A stretch of DNA of 53,262 bases from a virus (lineage: Duplodnaviria > Caudoviricetes): IMG/VR virus record IMGVR_UViG_3300048582_000146, positions 1-53,262 of that record; one strand, given 5' to 3'. The notes beneath the pieces are model-generated. The model had not been told where the DNA came from and searched no databases. It was given only the letters and a program-made list of their open reading frames with translations. The translations under genes and the position numbers were made by a program. Position 1 is the stretch's first letter. Each line of letters opens with the position of its first letter. Positions 9,011 to 17,217 of the stretch are shown here, piece by piece.

Positions 9011-9209
9011 GTTGTAAGTTATTTGAAATCATGAGATTAACTGATGAGTATAGTCTGAATAACGGGCAGGGCAATGCGATAGATCACTACGTGTAGTGAT
9101 TCAATAGGTGGAACTCCTTTTGCGTAACTTAAAATGTGGAACGATACGGTATACGTAAGGTTGGTCTATAGCCACAATGGGCTGAATAATACATGTTGAT
9201 AATTACAAT
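9011..9209 (+). ncRNA. Putative ~200-nt multibranched structured RNA in the early leader
   Basis: Nested helices GTTGTAA/TTACAAT, CATG/CATG, AGATTAACT/GGTTGGTCT, GTATA/TATAC; hairpins GTCTG/CGGGC, ATCACTA/TAGTGAT, AGG/CCT, TAGCC/GGCTG; many G-U pairs. Confidence 0.65.
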
Positions 9210-9220
9210 ACCAAATATTA

Positions 9221-9313
9221 AGGCTATGGGTTTAACAACCTTTCTGCGAAAGCCTGAAAGATAAAATTAAAAACGCCATTGGATTAAGTTCTATGCTTCG
9301 ATGAAACAATGGC
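9221..9313 (+). ncRNA. Two further small structured RNA modules
   Basis: AGGCT/AGCCT three-way junction (9221-9255); GCCATTG/CAATGGC stem with GATT...GAAA internal loop (9275-9313). Confidence 0.45.
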
Positions 9314-9344
9314 ACTATTGTAAAACCTTTTAACCTAACTAAAA

Positions 9345-9581
9345 ATGATAGCAATTGATAAAAACATACCAATCCCTTCACGAGTAAGAAATAGGGTTTA
9401 TCCGCTTAACAAGATGGAAGTAGGTGATAGCTTCTTTAAAGAGATTGACGAAAACAAAAGTAAGCACTACGAAAAACAAAAAATTTATATGGCGGTTTGG
9501 AGGCACTGCCAAAACCATAGTAATAAAAAATTTACAACCGCATCTGAGGAAAATGGAGTAAGAGTTTGGAGAATTCAATAA
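9345..9581 (+). CDS. Small conserved phage protein, putative DNA-binding
   Basis: IDKNIPIP...YPLNKMEVGDSF...GVRVWR. Confidence 0.75.
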   Translation: MIAIDKNIPIPSRVRNRVYPLNKMEVGDSFFKEIDENKSKHYEKQKIYMAVWRHCQNHSNKKFTTASEENGVRVWRIQ

Positions 9582-9598
9582 TTAATAAATCAATAAAA

Positions 9599-9766
9599 AT
9601 GAAAAATATATTCAAATCAATTTCAATGTTTTTAGAAAACAGCGAATTACAGAATTTAATTAATCCCGCCAATAATGACTTTTACGATCATAAGGTAGGA
9701 ACAAGTTTGCTTAGTAAGGAACAATTCATTTCTCACATGAGAAGAAAAAATATAATCTGTTTATAA
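9599..9766 (+). CDS. Hypothetical protein
   Basis: ATG after an A-rich leader, within the operon. Confidence 0.5.
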   Translation: MKNIFKSISMFLENSELQNLINPANNDFYDHKVGTSLLSKEQFISHMRRKNIICL

Positions 9767-9780
9767 AACCAATCACAATC

Positions 9781-10002
9781 ATGGCACTACAAATAAGAGA
9801 TGATATTTATCATTTAATCAGAAACGATGTAAAGCTTAGAATTAAAATGGCAGCTCATTTAGAAGTGAGTGATGCTACCATCTATTTACACGCTAAAAGA
9901 AAGGCTCCAAAGTTAAACGACTACAATTTGGTTAAAATACTAATGGATCATACCGGGAAATCAGAGGAAGAAATATTTGAAACTCAAAACTCAACCACAT
10001 GA
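9781..10002 (+). CDS. Cro-like HTH regulator
   Basis: KMAAHLEVSDATIY HTH; early operon divergent from cI. Confidence 0.7.
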   Translation: MALQIRDDIYHLIRNDVKLRIKMAAHLEVSDATIYLHAKRKAPKLNDYNLVKILMDHTGKSEEEIFETQNSTT

Positions 10003-10115
10003 ACATCTACGAGAGATTAATAATTGCTTTTGCGATTTTATTAGTTGGATTGGCAATTGTAAATGTGTGCTATTGGATTGGCAAACAAATAAACAAATTT
10101 GACGATGAAGACTAA
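9999..10115 (+). CDS. 38-aa single-TM peptide (not in ORF track)
   Basis: MNIYERLIIAFAILLVGLAIVNVCYWIGK...; ATGA overlap with the upstream gene. Confidence 0.55.
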   Translation: MNIYERLIIAFAILLVGLAIVNVCYWIGKQINKFDDED

Positions 10116-10311
10116 TCAGATCATTATATCAGAGGAAGACATAAATGTTTTGCAGGAACATTTGAAGCCGCTTAATCAGTTACTGAATAAGCTAAAAAAA
10201 GGGGCGGTTTCGGCCGCTCCTTCTATTAAAAAGCCTGAAACAAAAAAGCAGGGTATCAACAGAATGTTACAGAAAATAGAAGAAAATCAATCTAAAAAAC
10301 TCTCCAGATGA
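10105..10311 (+). CDS. Hypothetical protein
   Basis: Tightly packed ORF within the operon. Confidence 0.55.
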   Translation: MKTNQIIISEEDINVLQEHLKPLNQLLNKLKKGAVSAAPSIKKPETKKQGINRMLQKIEENQSKKLSR

Positions 10312-10415
10312 AAAAATTAACCGAAGACAATTTTTTATTCATAATCGCAATATGCTGCATTATTATGATGCTAGTGGCTTTAGGCTTATCCTTTAGCGTG
10401 GTTATGGACAAATAA
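10308..10415 (+). CDS. 35-aa single-TM peptide (not in ORF track)
   Basis: MKKLTEDNFLFIIAICCIIMMLVALGLSFSVVMDK; ATGA overlap. Confidence 0.55.
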   Translation: MKKLTEDNFLFIIAICCIIMMLVALGLSFSVVMDK

Positions 10416-10416
10416 A

Positions 10417-10439
10417 AAAACCGGCTCTACACCGGTTTT
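10417..10439 (+). terminator. Intrinsic terminator within the early operon
   Basis: AAAACCGG-N7-CCGGTTTT. Confidence 0.65.
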
Positions 10440-10484
10440 CATTTTTAAATTCTAACAGCCGAGCAAGGCATAAAACTTAAAGTG

Positions 10485-10700
10485 ATGGCAAAGATACAAA
10501 TTTTACAGAAATTAGTAAACACTAAAATTAATAACGACAAATCCAAACAAATCATTGGTAACATCGTCAGAAAAGAATTTGACCAAACCAAAGATGAGGA
10601 CAGAGCGTTCGAACTACTTACCATTGCCTTTCAATGGAAACTTCCCCAATTCAACGAAATGATTGATGACTATAAGTTTGAAGACTTTAAATGGGTTTAA
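10485..10700 (+). CDS. Hypothetical protein
   Basis: ORF within the early operon. Confidence 0.6.
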   Translation: MAKIQILQKLVNTKINNDKSKQIIGNIVRKEFDQTKDEDRAFELLTIAFQWKLPQFNEMIDDYKFEDFKWV

Positions 10701-10703
10701 CTT

Positions 10704-10802
10704 ATGAAAGCAATCATCACACTTATCATTGTCGGTATTGTTATCGGCATTATCGTAACCATCTTATTCTTCTGGTGGGCAGTCAAACAAAACAATAAAT
10801 AA
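10704..10802 (+). CDS. 32-aa single-TM peptide (not in ORF track)
   Basis: MKAIITLIIVGIVIGIIVTILFFWWAVKQNNK. Confidence 0.55.
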   Translation: MKAIITLIIVGIVIGIIVTILFFWWAVKQNNK

Positions 10803-10822
10803 ATTCTAAAAATAGAGCAAAA

Positions 10823-12841
10823 ATGAAAAATATCATTATTAAAAAAATCGGCCTTATCAACTTCAAAGGCTTACGAAATCAGGAAATAAACTTCGATAAG
10901 ACAACTAGTATCTTCGGAGACAACGGAACCGGAAAAACAACAATCTTCGACGCGTTTACTTGGTTGATGTTTGGCAAAGATTCAACCGACCGGAAAGACT
11001 TTGAGATTAAAACACTCGACAAACACAACATTGTTATTCCTCAAATCGAACATGAGGTATCTGCAATCATCTTGGTTGAAGGAGAGGAGATAAGCATCCG
11101 AAGAATTTTAAAAGAGAATTGGGTTAAAAAGCGTGGTTCTTTAGAATCTGAATTCTCCGGAAATGTAACGGACTACTATTGGAATGAGGTTCCAATGCAG
11201 CAAAAGGAATTTCAAACCAAAGTAAGTCAGATTCTTGACGAAACGGTTTTCAAGATGATTACCAATCCTCTTGCGTTCAATGCGATGAAATGGCAAGACC
11301 GAAGAAATGCTTTAATTCAAATTGCCGGTGAAATTTCAGAAATCGAATTGGCAGCCGGAAACTCGGAATATGAAAAACTTTTGGAGCAATTGACACAAGG
11401 CAAAACCCTTGAAGATTATCGCAAACAAATAGCAGCTTCCATCAAAAAAGCTAAAGAAGATTTGAAAGCGATTCCCACTAGAATTGATGAAGTATCTCGT
11501 TCAAGACCGGAAGAGCACGATTTCAAAGGTTTAAAGACAGAATTAGATTCAAAGGTAATTACCCTCGAAAAATTAGATGCTGAAATTGCAGATGCAAACA
11601 CTGCCTTCCAATCAAAATTGGACGCCGTAAGAGCCGAAAAAATCAAAGTCAACAACTTGTCTTCGGAAATAGAAACAATCGAACACAACGCACGAAAAGA
11701 AGCTACATCTAACGGCAAACCGGATACCGAAGCATTTGAGAAATCAAAACGCCTTTATGAAGAAAAGAAAGCAGAATTAAACGGTTATGAAGGTTCGCTT
11801 CGAACTTTGGTAAGCAATCGAGATTCTTTGAAAACTCAAATCACTTCGGTAAAGTCTAAAATGGACGCCAAAAGAAATGAGTGGACAGAAGTAAATGCAA
11901 AGACTTTTGTTTTTGATGATTCCAACTGTTCATGTCCTACTTGTAAAAGAAGTTATCCGGAGGGCGATATCGAGGCAACCAAATCGGATTTAAAGAAAAA
12001 CTTTGAAGAAGATAAAAAGGCTAAACTTTTACTAATCAATCAAGCCGGTGCAAGTTTAAAAGCAGAATTAGAAAGTACGGAAGCCGAACTAAAAGCACTA
12101 GAAGAAAGAATTGCCAAAGGTGAAACCTACATCACCAACGCAAAGACAGAGCTTGAAAAACTAAAATCCGATTTTGATTATCAAACTGAGCAATTAAATA
12201 AAGTTGAAACTTCTGCTACAGATATTGAAGCTTTGGTTGCATCAATATTGAAAAACAATCAGGTTTACCAAGAAAAGCTAATCATGCTTGAAGGTTTAAA
12301 ATCTTCGCTTCAGGAAGTTCCATCGGTTGATAACTCGGAGTTGGTTGAGAAAAGAAAGTCTTTAGTTGCTGAAATCGATACAATCAAAGCAAAGCTTCAA
12401 AATGAAGTGCAAATCAATTCTGTAAATCAAAGGATTGAAGATTTGAAAAAAGAAGAAAGCACTTTGGCTCAACAAATTGCCAACGTTGAAAAAACGCAGT
12501 TTGTGATTGAAAACTTCAACAAATTGAAAATCGACACTTTAGAGGAACGCATCAATGCCAAATTCAAATTCGTAAAATTCAAAATGTTTCAAACGCAAAT
12601 CAACGGCGGTGAAATTGAATGTTGTGATGCTTTGATTGACGGAGTTCCTTTTTCGGATGCAAACACGGCTTCAAAAATTAATGCCGGGTTAGACATCATC
12701 AACACGCTTTGCGAATTCTATCAAGTGACAGCTCCAATCTTTATTGATAACAGAGAAAGCATTGTGCAACTGATCAACACCGAAAGTCAGGTTGTAAACT
12801 TGATTGTGAGCGAAGTTGATAAGAAATTGAGAGTAGCGTAA
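10823..12841 (+). CDS. Rad50/SbcC-like coiled-coil ATPase
   Basis: NFKG, Walker A GDNGTGKT, zinc hook CPTC, Walker B PIFIDNRES. Confidence 0.92.
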   Translation: MKNIIIKKIGLINFKGLRNQEINFDKTTSIFGDNGTGKTTIFDAFTWLMFGKDSTDRKDFEIKTLDKHNIVIPQIEHEVSAIILVEGEEISIRRILKENWVKKRGSLESEFSGNVTDYYWNEVPMQQKEFQTKVSQILDETVFKMITNPLAFNAMKWQDRRNALIQIAGEISEIELAAGNSEYEKLLEQLTQGKTLEDYRKQIAASIKKAKEDLKAIPTRIDEVSRSRPEEHDFKGLKTELDSKVITLEKLDAEIADANTAFQSKLDAVRAEKIKVNNLSSEIETIEHNARKEATSNGKPDTEAFEKSKRLYEEKKAELNGYEGSLRTLVSNRDSLKTQITSVKSKMDAKRNEWTEVNAKTFVFDDSNCSCPTCKRSYPEGDIEATKSDLKKNFEEDKKAKLLLINQAGASLKAELESTEAELKALEERIAKGETYITNAKTELEKLKSDFDYQTEQLNKVETSATDIEALVASILKNNQVYQEKLIMLEGLKSSLQEVPSVDNSELVEKRKSLVAEIDTIKAKLQNEVQINSVNQRIEDLKKEESTLAQQIANVEKTQFVIENFNKLKIDTLEERINAKFKFVKFKMFQTQINGGEIECCDALIDGVPFSDANTASKINAGLDIINTLCEFYQVTAPIFIDNRESIVQLINTESQVVNLIVSEVDKKLRVA

Positions 12842-13017
12842 TGGATGCTGAAAAATATGTCAGCCTGTACTTTGGAGGAAAAGAACAGGCTGTTTCTTCC
12901 CTAGAAAAAGCAATCAACCTTTATAACAACGACCGACGTAAAACAAAAAAGGTTTTAAAGCGAATTGAGGAATACAAGAAGCTTTTAGAGGAAATAAAAT
13001 CATTACCAAATGAGTGA
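12841..13017 (+). CDS. Hypothetical 58-aa protein (not in ORF track)
   Basis: TAATG coupling to the ATPase gene; fills the gap. Confidence 0.6.
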   Translation: MDAEKYVSLYFGGKEQAVSSLEKAINLYNNDRRKTKKVLKRIEEYKKLLEEIKSLPNE

Positions 13018-13216
13018 TATTAAAATCCAAAGAAACTCCGATGGAAGCCTTACCCAAAACTGCAAGGAAAACATCGGGGTTAAAATTGGCTCATTTGATT
13101 GCACGGCTAATTGTCCACACAATCAAAACACCAAAAAAGAAATTCACGAACAGGCTTTCGATTTGGAAAATGTTCGATGTTCAAAAATTCAAAATCAATT
13201 AACAATAGAAATTTAA
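13010..13216 (+). CDS. Small Cys-containing protein
   Basis: KIGSFDCTANCPH motif; ends QLTIEI. Confidence 0.6.
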   Translation: MSDIKIQRNSDGSLTQNCKENIGVKIGSFDCTANCPHNQNTKKEIHEQAFDLENVRCSKIQNQLTIEI

Positions 13217-13218
13217 AA

Positions 13219-14103
13219 ATGAGCACAACAAACAACGCCCAAGTGGCACAAGTAAAAAACGACATTTCAACACAAGTATTAGCAAAGATTGATGCTTTTG
13301 AAAATTCAGGAGAATTAAAACTCCCAAAAGATTACAATGTTGAAAATGCTTTGAAATCGGCTTACATTATTCTTTCAGACCCAAAGAATAATATCCTTGC
13401 AAAATGTGATAAATCATCGGTTGCAGAGGCTCTTTTGAAAATGGTTATTTACGGTGTATCTCCAATTAAAAAACAATGCTACTTCATTCCTTACGGTGAA
13501 AAATTAGAATGTAGTATTTCCTATGCCGGAAACGTTGCAATCGCTAAGAGATACGGTAAACTAAAAAGCATTAAAGCAAATGCTGTATTTGAAGGAGATA
13601 CTTTTGAATTTGAAGTTGACCAAAAAACAGGCTTAAGAAAAATAATCAAACATATTCAAAGCCTTGAAAGTGTTGGTTCAAACAAAATAAAAGGTGCTTA
13701 TGCCGTTTTTGAATTAACCGATGGAACCATTGATGTTGAGGTAATGAGCATTACTCAAATTCAGGCAGCATGGAATCAAGGAGGTTCAAAAGGAAATTCG
13801 CCGGCACACAAAAACTTTGCCGACCAAATGGCCATTAAAACAGTAATTAACAGAGCTTGTAAATTACTAATCAGTAGTTCGGATGATTCTGTTCTGTATG
13901 ATCCTTTGGATGAAGAAAATGCAATTGACGTGACTAACGAGAACGTAAAGCATGAAATAAAAACCAAAGCCAACAAACAGCCAATTGATTTTGAAGATGC
14001 TGAGGTTGTTGATGAAGAAATTGTAAATGCAAATACTCCGGCAGAACAACCTGAAGAACAACCGGCAGAAGGTCAGCAAGAATTGACCGGTCCTAATTTC
14101 TAG
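13219..14103 (+). CDS. recT: RecT/Redbeta-family single-strand annealing protein
   Basis: GVSPIKKQCYFIPYG, SYAG, QMAIKTVINRACK, acidic tail. Confidence 0.9.
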   Translation: MSTTNNAQVAQVKNDISTQVLAKIDAFENSGELKLPKDYNVENALKSAYIILSDPKNNILAKCDKSSVAEALLKMVIYGVSPIKKQCYFIPYGEKLECSISYAGNVAIAKRYGKLKSIKANAVFEGDTFEFEVDQKTGLRKIIKHIQSLESVGSNKIKGAYAVFELTDGTIDVEVMSITQIQAAWNQGGSKGNSPAHKNFADQMAIKTVINRACKLLISSSDDSVLYDPLDEENAIDVTNENVKHEIKTKANKQPIDFEDAEVVDEEIVNANTPAEQPEEQPAEGQQELTGPNF

Positions 14104-14106
14104 GCC

Positions 14107-14847
14107 ATGAATCTTAAAATAATAGGCACGGGAAGCCGTGGCAATGCCTACCTCCTCGAAAATGAGGAGGAGGCTCTATTAATTGAATGTGGCGTTTCCA
14201 TCACCGAAATTAAAAAAGCATTGGATTTCAATCTAAACAAAGTTGTTGGTTGCATTGTAACACACAACCATTTAGACCACGCCAAATCAATGTTGGAAGT
14301 CACACGATGCGGAATAGATGTATATGCCTCCAAAGGCACTTTAAAAGACCGATTTTGCCATACTCTTGCAAGAGCCAAAGCAATAAAGCCTCGAGAGACT
14401 TTCAGAGTCGGTAATTTCAAAGTAATGCCTTTTGATGTGAAACACGATGCCATCGAGCCTCTTGGCTTTTTAATTGAGCATCCGGACTGTGGCAAAACAT
14501 TGTTTTTAACTGACACTTATTTCTGCGAGTACACCTTCAGAGGATTACACAACGTAATCATTGAAGCCAACTACTCAAAGGAAATCATCGATAGGAAATA
14601 TGGCCCGGAAAGCGGAAAGGAATTTTTGAGAAACAGAATCCTTCAATCGCACTTTTCCTTAGCCAACTGCAAAGACATGTTGTCCGCCAATGACTTGGCA
14701 CAAACAAACAACATCGTACTTATTCACTTATCCGACACCAATTCCGATGAAGCTCAATTTAAAAAAGAAGTGGAAGAATTGACCGGAAAAAATGTAACAG
14801 TTGCCAATAACGGAATGATAATCCCATTTAACAAAACACCTTTTTAG
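14107..14847 (+). CDS. MBL-fold metallo-hydrolase (exonuclease partner of RecT)
   Basis: GTGSRGNAY, THNHLDH, HD, TDT, EANY, LIHLS. Confidence 0.9.
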   Translation: MNLKIIGTGSRGNAYLLENEEEALLIECGVSITEIKKALDFNLNKVVGCIVTHNHLDHAKSMLEVTRCGIDVYASKGTLKDRFCHTLARAKAIKPRETFRVGNFKVMPFDVKHDAIEPLGFLIEHPDCGKTLFLTDTYFCEYTFRGLHNVIIEANYSKEIIDRKYGPESGKEFLRNRILQSHFSLANCKDMLSANDLAQTNNIVLIHLSDTNSDEAQFKKEVEELTGKNVTVANNGMIIPFNKTPF

Positions 14848-14849
14848 TC

Positions 14850-15152
14850 ATGGAAGATAGCAACGTTGAATGTTTAAAAAGCATTTCAGTAAAGGGAAAC
14901 AATAAGCGTATCTCGGTTGGACTGTTTTTAAACAAAAAAGAAAATAACCACTTCTTCATTGTTTCCACAATAACATTGGTAGACCGATTAAAGAGAAAAA
15001 AGATTTCGACAAATAATATTTATTCGGTTGAAACAATGGTAGTTCTTAACGAGTTGGTTACTAAGTTTTTTGAGGATAGCGAAATATCAAATAAAATCCT
15101 AAATATTGAACTATCTAAAGTTACAAAATTTAAAGGACGGTCAAATTTTTAA
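14850..15152 (+). CDS. Hypothetical protein
   Basis: ORF within the operon. Confidence 0.55.
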   Translation: MEDSNVECLKSISVKGNNKRISVGLFLNKKENNHFFIVSTITLVDRLKRKKISTNNIYSVETMVVLNELVTKFFEDSEISNKILNIELSKVTKFKGRSNF

Positions 15153-15155
15153 AAA

Positions 15156-15605
15156 ATGATCTACAACCCTGAAAATCCACTCGAGATAAAACAGGCAATT
15201 GAAAAGATAAATCACCTCATCAAAACCGGCAAACGATTTGAGTTAAAAGCAAAACACGACAGAAGAAGCATTTCTCAAAATAGCTATCTGCATTTGATTT
15301 TAACTTGGTTTGCTATTGAAACCGGTTACACCCTCGAAGAAGTAAAACAGGACATCTTTAAAAAAGTAGTCAATCCCACATTGTTTTACGAAGGCGAACA
15401 CATTGGAAAAATCGAATCTTTAAAGCTCGAGCGTTGGCGAAGTACTTCATCATTAGATACTACAGAACTAACATTAGCAATTGACCGATTCAGAGACTTC
15501 TCTTCAATTGAACTTGGCATTTATCTACCCGAACCAAGCGACTTAGCTTTAATCCAGCAAATGGAAAACGAAATCAGCAAACACTCTAATCAAAAATACC
15601 TATGA
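15156..15605 (+). CDS. NinB/Orf-like recombination protein
   Basis: RRSISQNSYLH...RSTSSLDT...GIYLPEP. Confidence 0.75.
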   Translation: MIYNPENPLEIKQAIEKINHLIKTGKRFELKAKHDRRSISQNSYLHLILTWFAIETGYTLEEVKQDIFKKVVNPTLFYEGEHIGKIESLKLERWRSTSSLDTTELTLAIDRFRDFSSIELGIYLPEPSDLALIQQMENEISKHSNQKYL

Positions 15606-15892
15606 AAAATCAAGCATTAGAATTAGACTTTGACCAACTGCATCACCAAGAAAACAACATCGATTCACAACGCCACTTTGAAGAAAACAAAGACCGTTTC
15701 TCAAATCAATGTAAAATCGTTTATGAGGCACTTTTAAGAGGCGAAAGGCTCACAACTACCAAAGCCTTGCTAAAGTATCAAATTGGCGACCTACGACGTC
15801 GTTGTAAAGATTTGAGAGATATGTGGAACGTTCCTGTTGAATCAGAATACGTTGATGGACGCTATAAAGAGTATTTTCTAAAAACTTCATAA
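15602..15892 (+). CDS. Winged-helix DNA-binding protein
   Basis: LLRGERLTT..AL..Y.IGDLRRRCKDLR. Confidence 0.7.
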   Translation: MKNQALELDFDQLHHQENNIDSQRHFEENKDRFSNQCKIVYEALLRGERLTTTKALLKYQIGDLRRRCKDLRDMWNVPVESEYVDGRYKEYFLKTS

Positions 15893-15930
15893 CAAATTAT
15901 GCTACTAAATAACAAATTATGTTATTTTTG
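15889..15930 (+). promoter_or_regulatory. Promoter with tandem operator (copy 1)
   Basis: ATAACAAATTATGCTAC and ATAACAAATTATGTTAT 20 bp apart, overlapping TATTTTTG. Confidence 0.7.
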
Positions 15931-15934
15931 TAGT

Positions 15935-16040
15935 GCTAGTTCGTTAAACATAAAATCACAAAAGAACCCCGATTATTACATTGCCTTATGTCAAACCTTG
16001 ACAAACGGACTAGCCTTTGTCTTAGTCGGGACTTTTTGTT
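15935..16040 (+). promoter_or_regulatory. Structured 5' leader of the HNH gene (pseudoknot or alternative pairing)
   Basis: GCTAGTTCGTT/AACGGACTAGC crosses ACAAAAG..CCCGATTA/TAGTCGGG..TTTTTGT. Confidence 0.6.
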
Positions 16041-16658
16041 ATGGAAAATCAAATTGAAATTTGGAAGCCAGTCAAAAACTTTGAAGGCTTTTATGAGGTT
16101 AGTAGTTTAGGAAACGTAAAAAGACTAAAATCTTATACCAGACACCGTTCAGGCTCAAAGAAAATTGTTAGAGAAAGAATTCTAAAGTTATCAAACTCAA
16201 ATGGATATTCTTTAGTAATGATTTCAAATGATAATAGCCGTACAAATAAAATGGTGCATCGGTTGGTTGCCGAATCTTTTATTAAAAATCCTAAAAACAA
16301 AAAGCATGTTAATCACATTAACGGAATCAAAAACGATAATCGTGTTGAAAACTTAGAGTGGAATACTCCTAAAGAAAACGAACAACACAAAGTTCATGTA
16401 TTGGGAAAAATAATGACCCCAACAAACTTAAAGCATGTTTTTGAGGTCAATGAACCCATAGTAATTGATAACAAAAATGTAGTTGGAGTATTGATGCAAA
16501 AGTTTTATAAAGACCTACTTGCAGGAAATGTGATTAGTGCTCAGGATAAATCTTACGGAAGCATTTACACACTAAAATACCTACTTAAAACCAAATACAA
16601 CTTGAGGATAGAATCAAGAAGAGTAGGGAAATTCAAAGAGTATTATTTAAACAATTAA
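16041..16658 (+). CDS. NUMOD4-HNH endonuclease
   Basis: EIWKPV..FEGFYEVSSLG; VHRLVAESF; VNHINGIKNDNRVENLEW. Confidence 0.92.
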   Translation: MENQIEIWKPVKNFEGFYEVSSLGNVKRLKSYTRHRSGSKKIVRERILKLSNSNGYSLVMISNDNSRTNKMVHRLVAESFIKNPKNKKHVNHINGIKNDNRVENLEWNTPKENEQHKVHVLGKIMTPTNLKHVFEVNEPIVIDNKNVVGVLMQKFYKDLLAGNVISAQDKSYGSIYTLKYLLKTKYNLRIESRRVGKFKEYYLNN

Positions 16659-16671
16659 TTTTTTTATATCT

Positions 16672-17193
16672 ATGAACATTACCATTAAAAAAGCAAGCAT
16701 TAAAAACAGCTTGTTTCTGGCGTATGAGTACGACCAATCAGTCAACGGTACCAAAAACATTATCAAAACCTCATCCGATGCACCCATTCATGATGATTTG
16801 AGAAATGCTTTTTCTGCTTTGAATCCACACTTTGCATTGATCTGCGAAGAAGTGCCCGAAAACATTGTTGAACATGCCATCGAACATCCGAATGCTATTT
16901 TAGCTGAAGACAATCCATTGAGCAAATACAAAGTTTCCGGCTTTTCTATCGGAGGAACCGGCGACGGTGAAGGCGTTACAATTTCCGGAAGCAAAAGACT
17001 TGAAAGCGGAAATGTAGTGAGCTTCAACACTCCTTTCTTAAAGTTTGAAGATGCTAATCAATATAAGTTCATGCAAGAACTTGTAATAGCAATCGACGAA
17101 CTAAAGTCGGAAGTATACGAGTACTTGGAAGGCAAGCAAGCACCAGCCAAACAAATGGCCATGTTTGAGGAAGAAGAAGCCTCAGCAATCTAA
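16672..17193 (+). CDS. Conserved phage protein
   Basis: APIHDDL...GVTISG...FNTP; ends KQMAMFEEE. Confidence 0.7.
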   Translation: MNITIKKASIKNSLFLAYEYDQSVNGTKNIIKTSSDAPIHDDLRNAFSALNPHFALICEEVPENIVEHAIEHPNAILAEDNPLSKYKVSGFSIGGTGDGEGVTISGSKRLESGNVVSFNTPFLKFEDANQYKFMQELVIAIDELKSEVYEYLEGKQAPAKQMAMFEEEEASAI

Positions 17194-17217
17194 AAAACCA
17201 ATTCTAACAAACGAGCA

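Noticed and set aside
9041-9167. Hammerhead ribozyme (CTGATGA core)
   Set aside because: The partner strand is GTAA rather than GAAA, and there is no stem III or NUH cleavage site
10201-10224. GC hairpin GGGGCGG/CCGCTCC as a terminator
   Set aside because: It lies within an ORF and has only a weak U-tract; not callable without data
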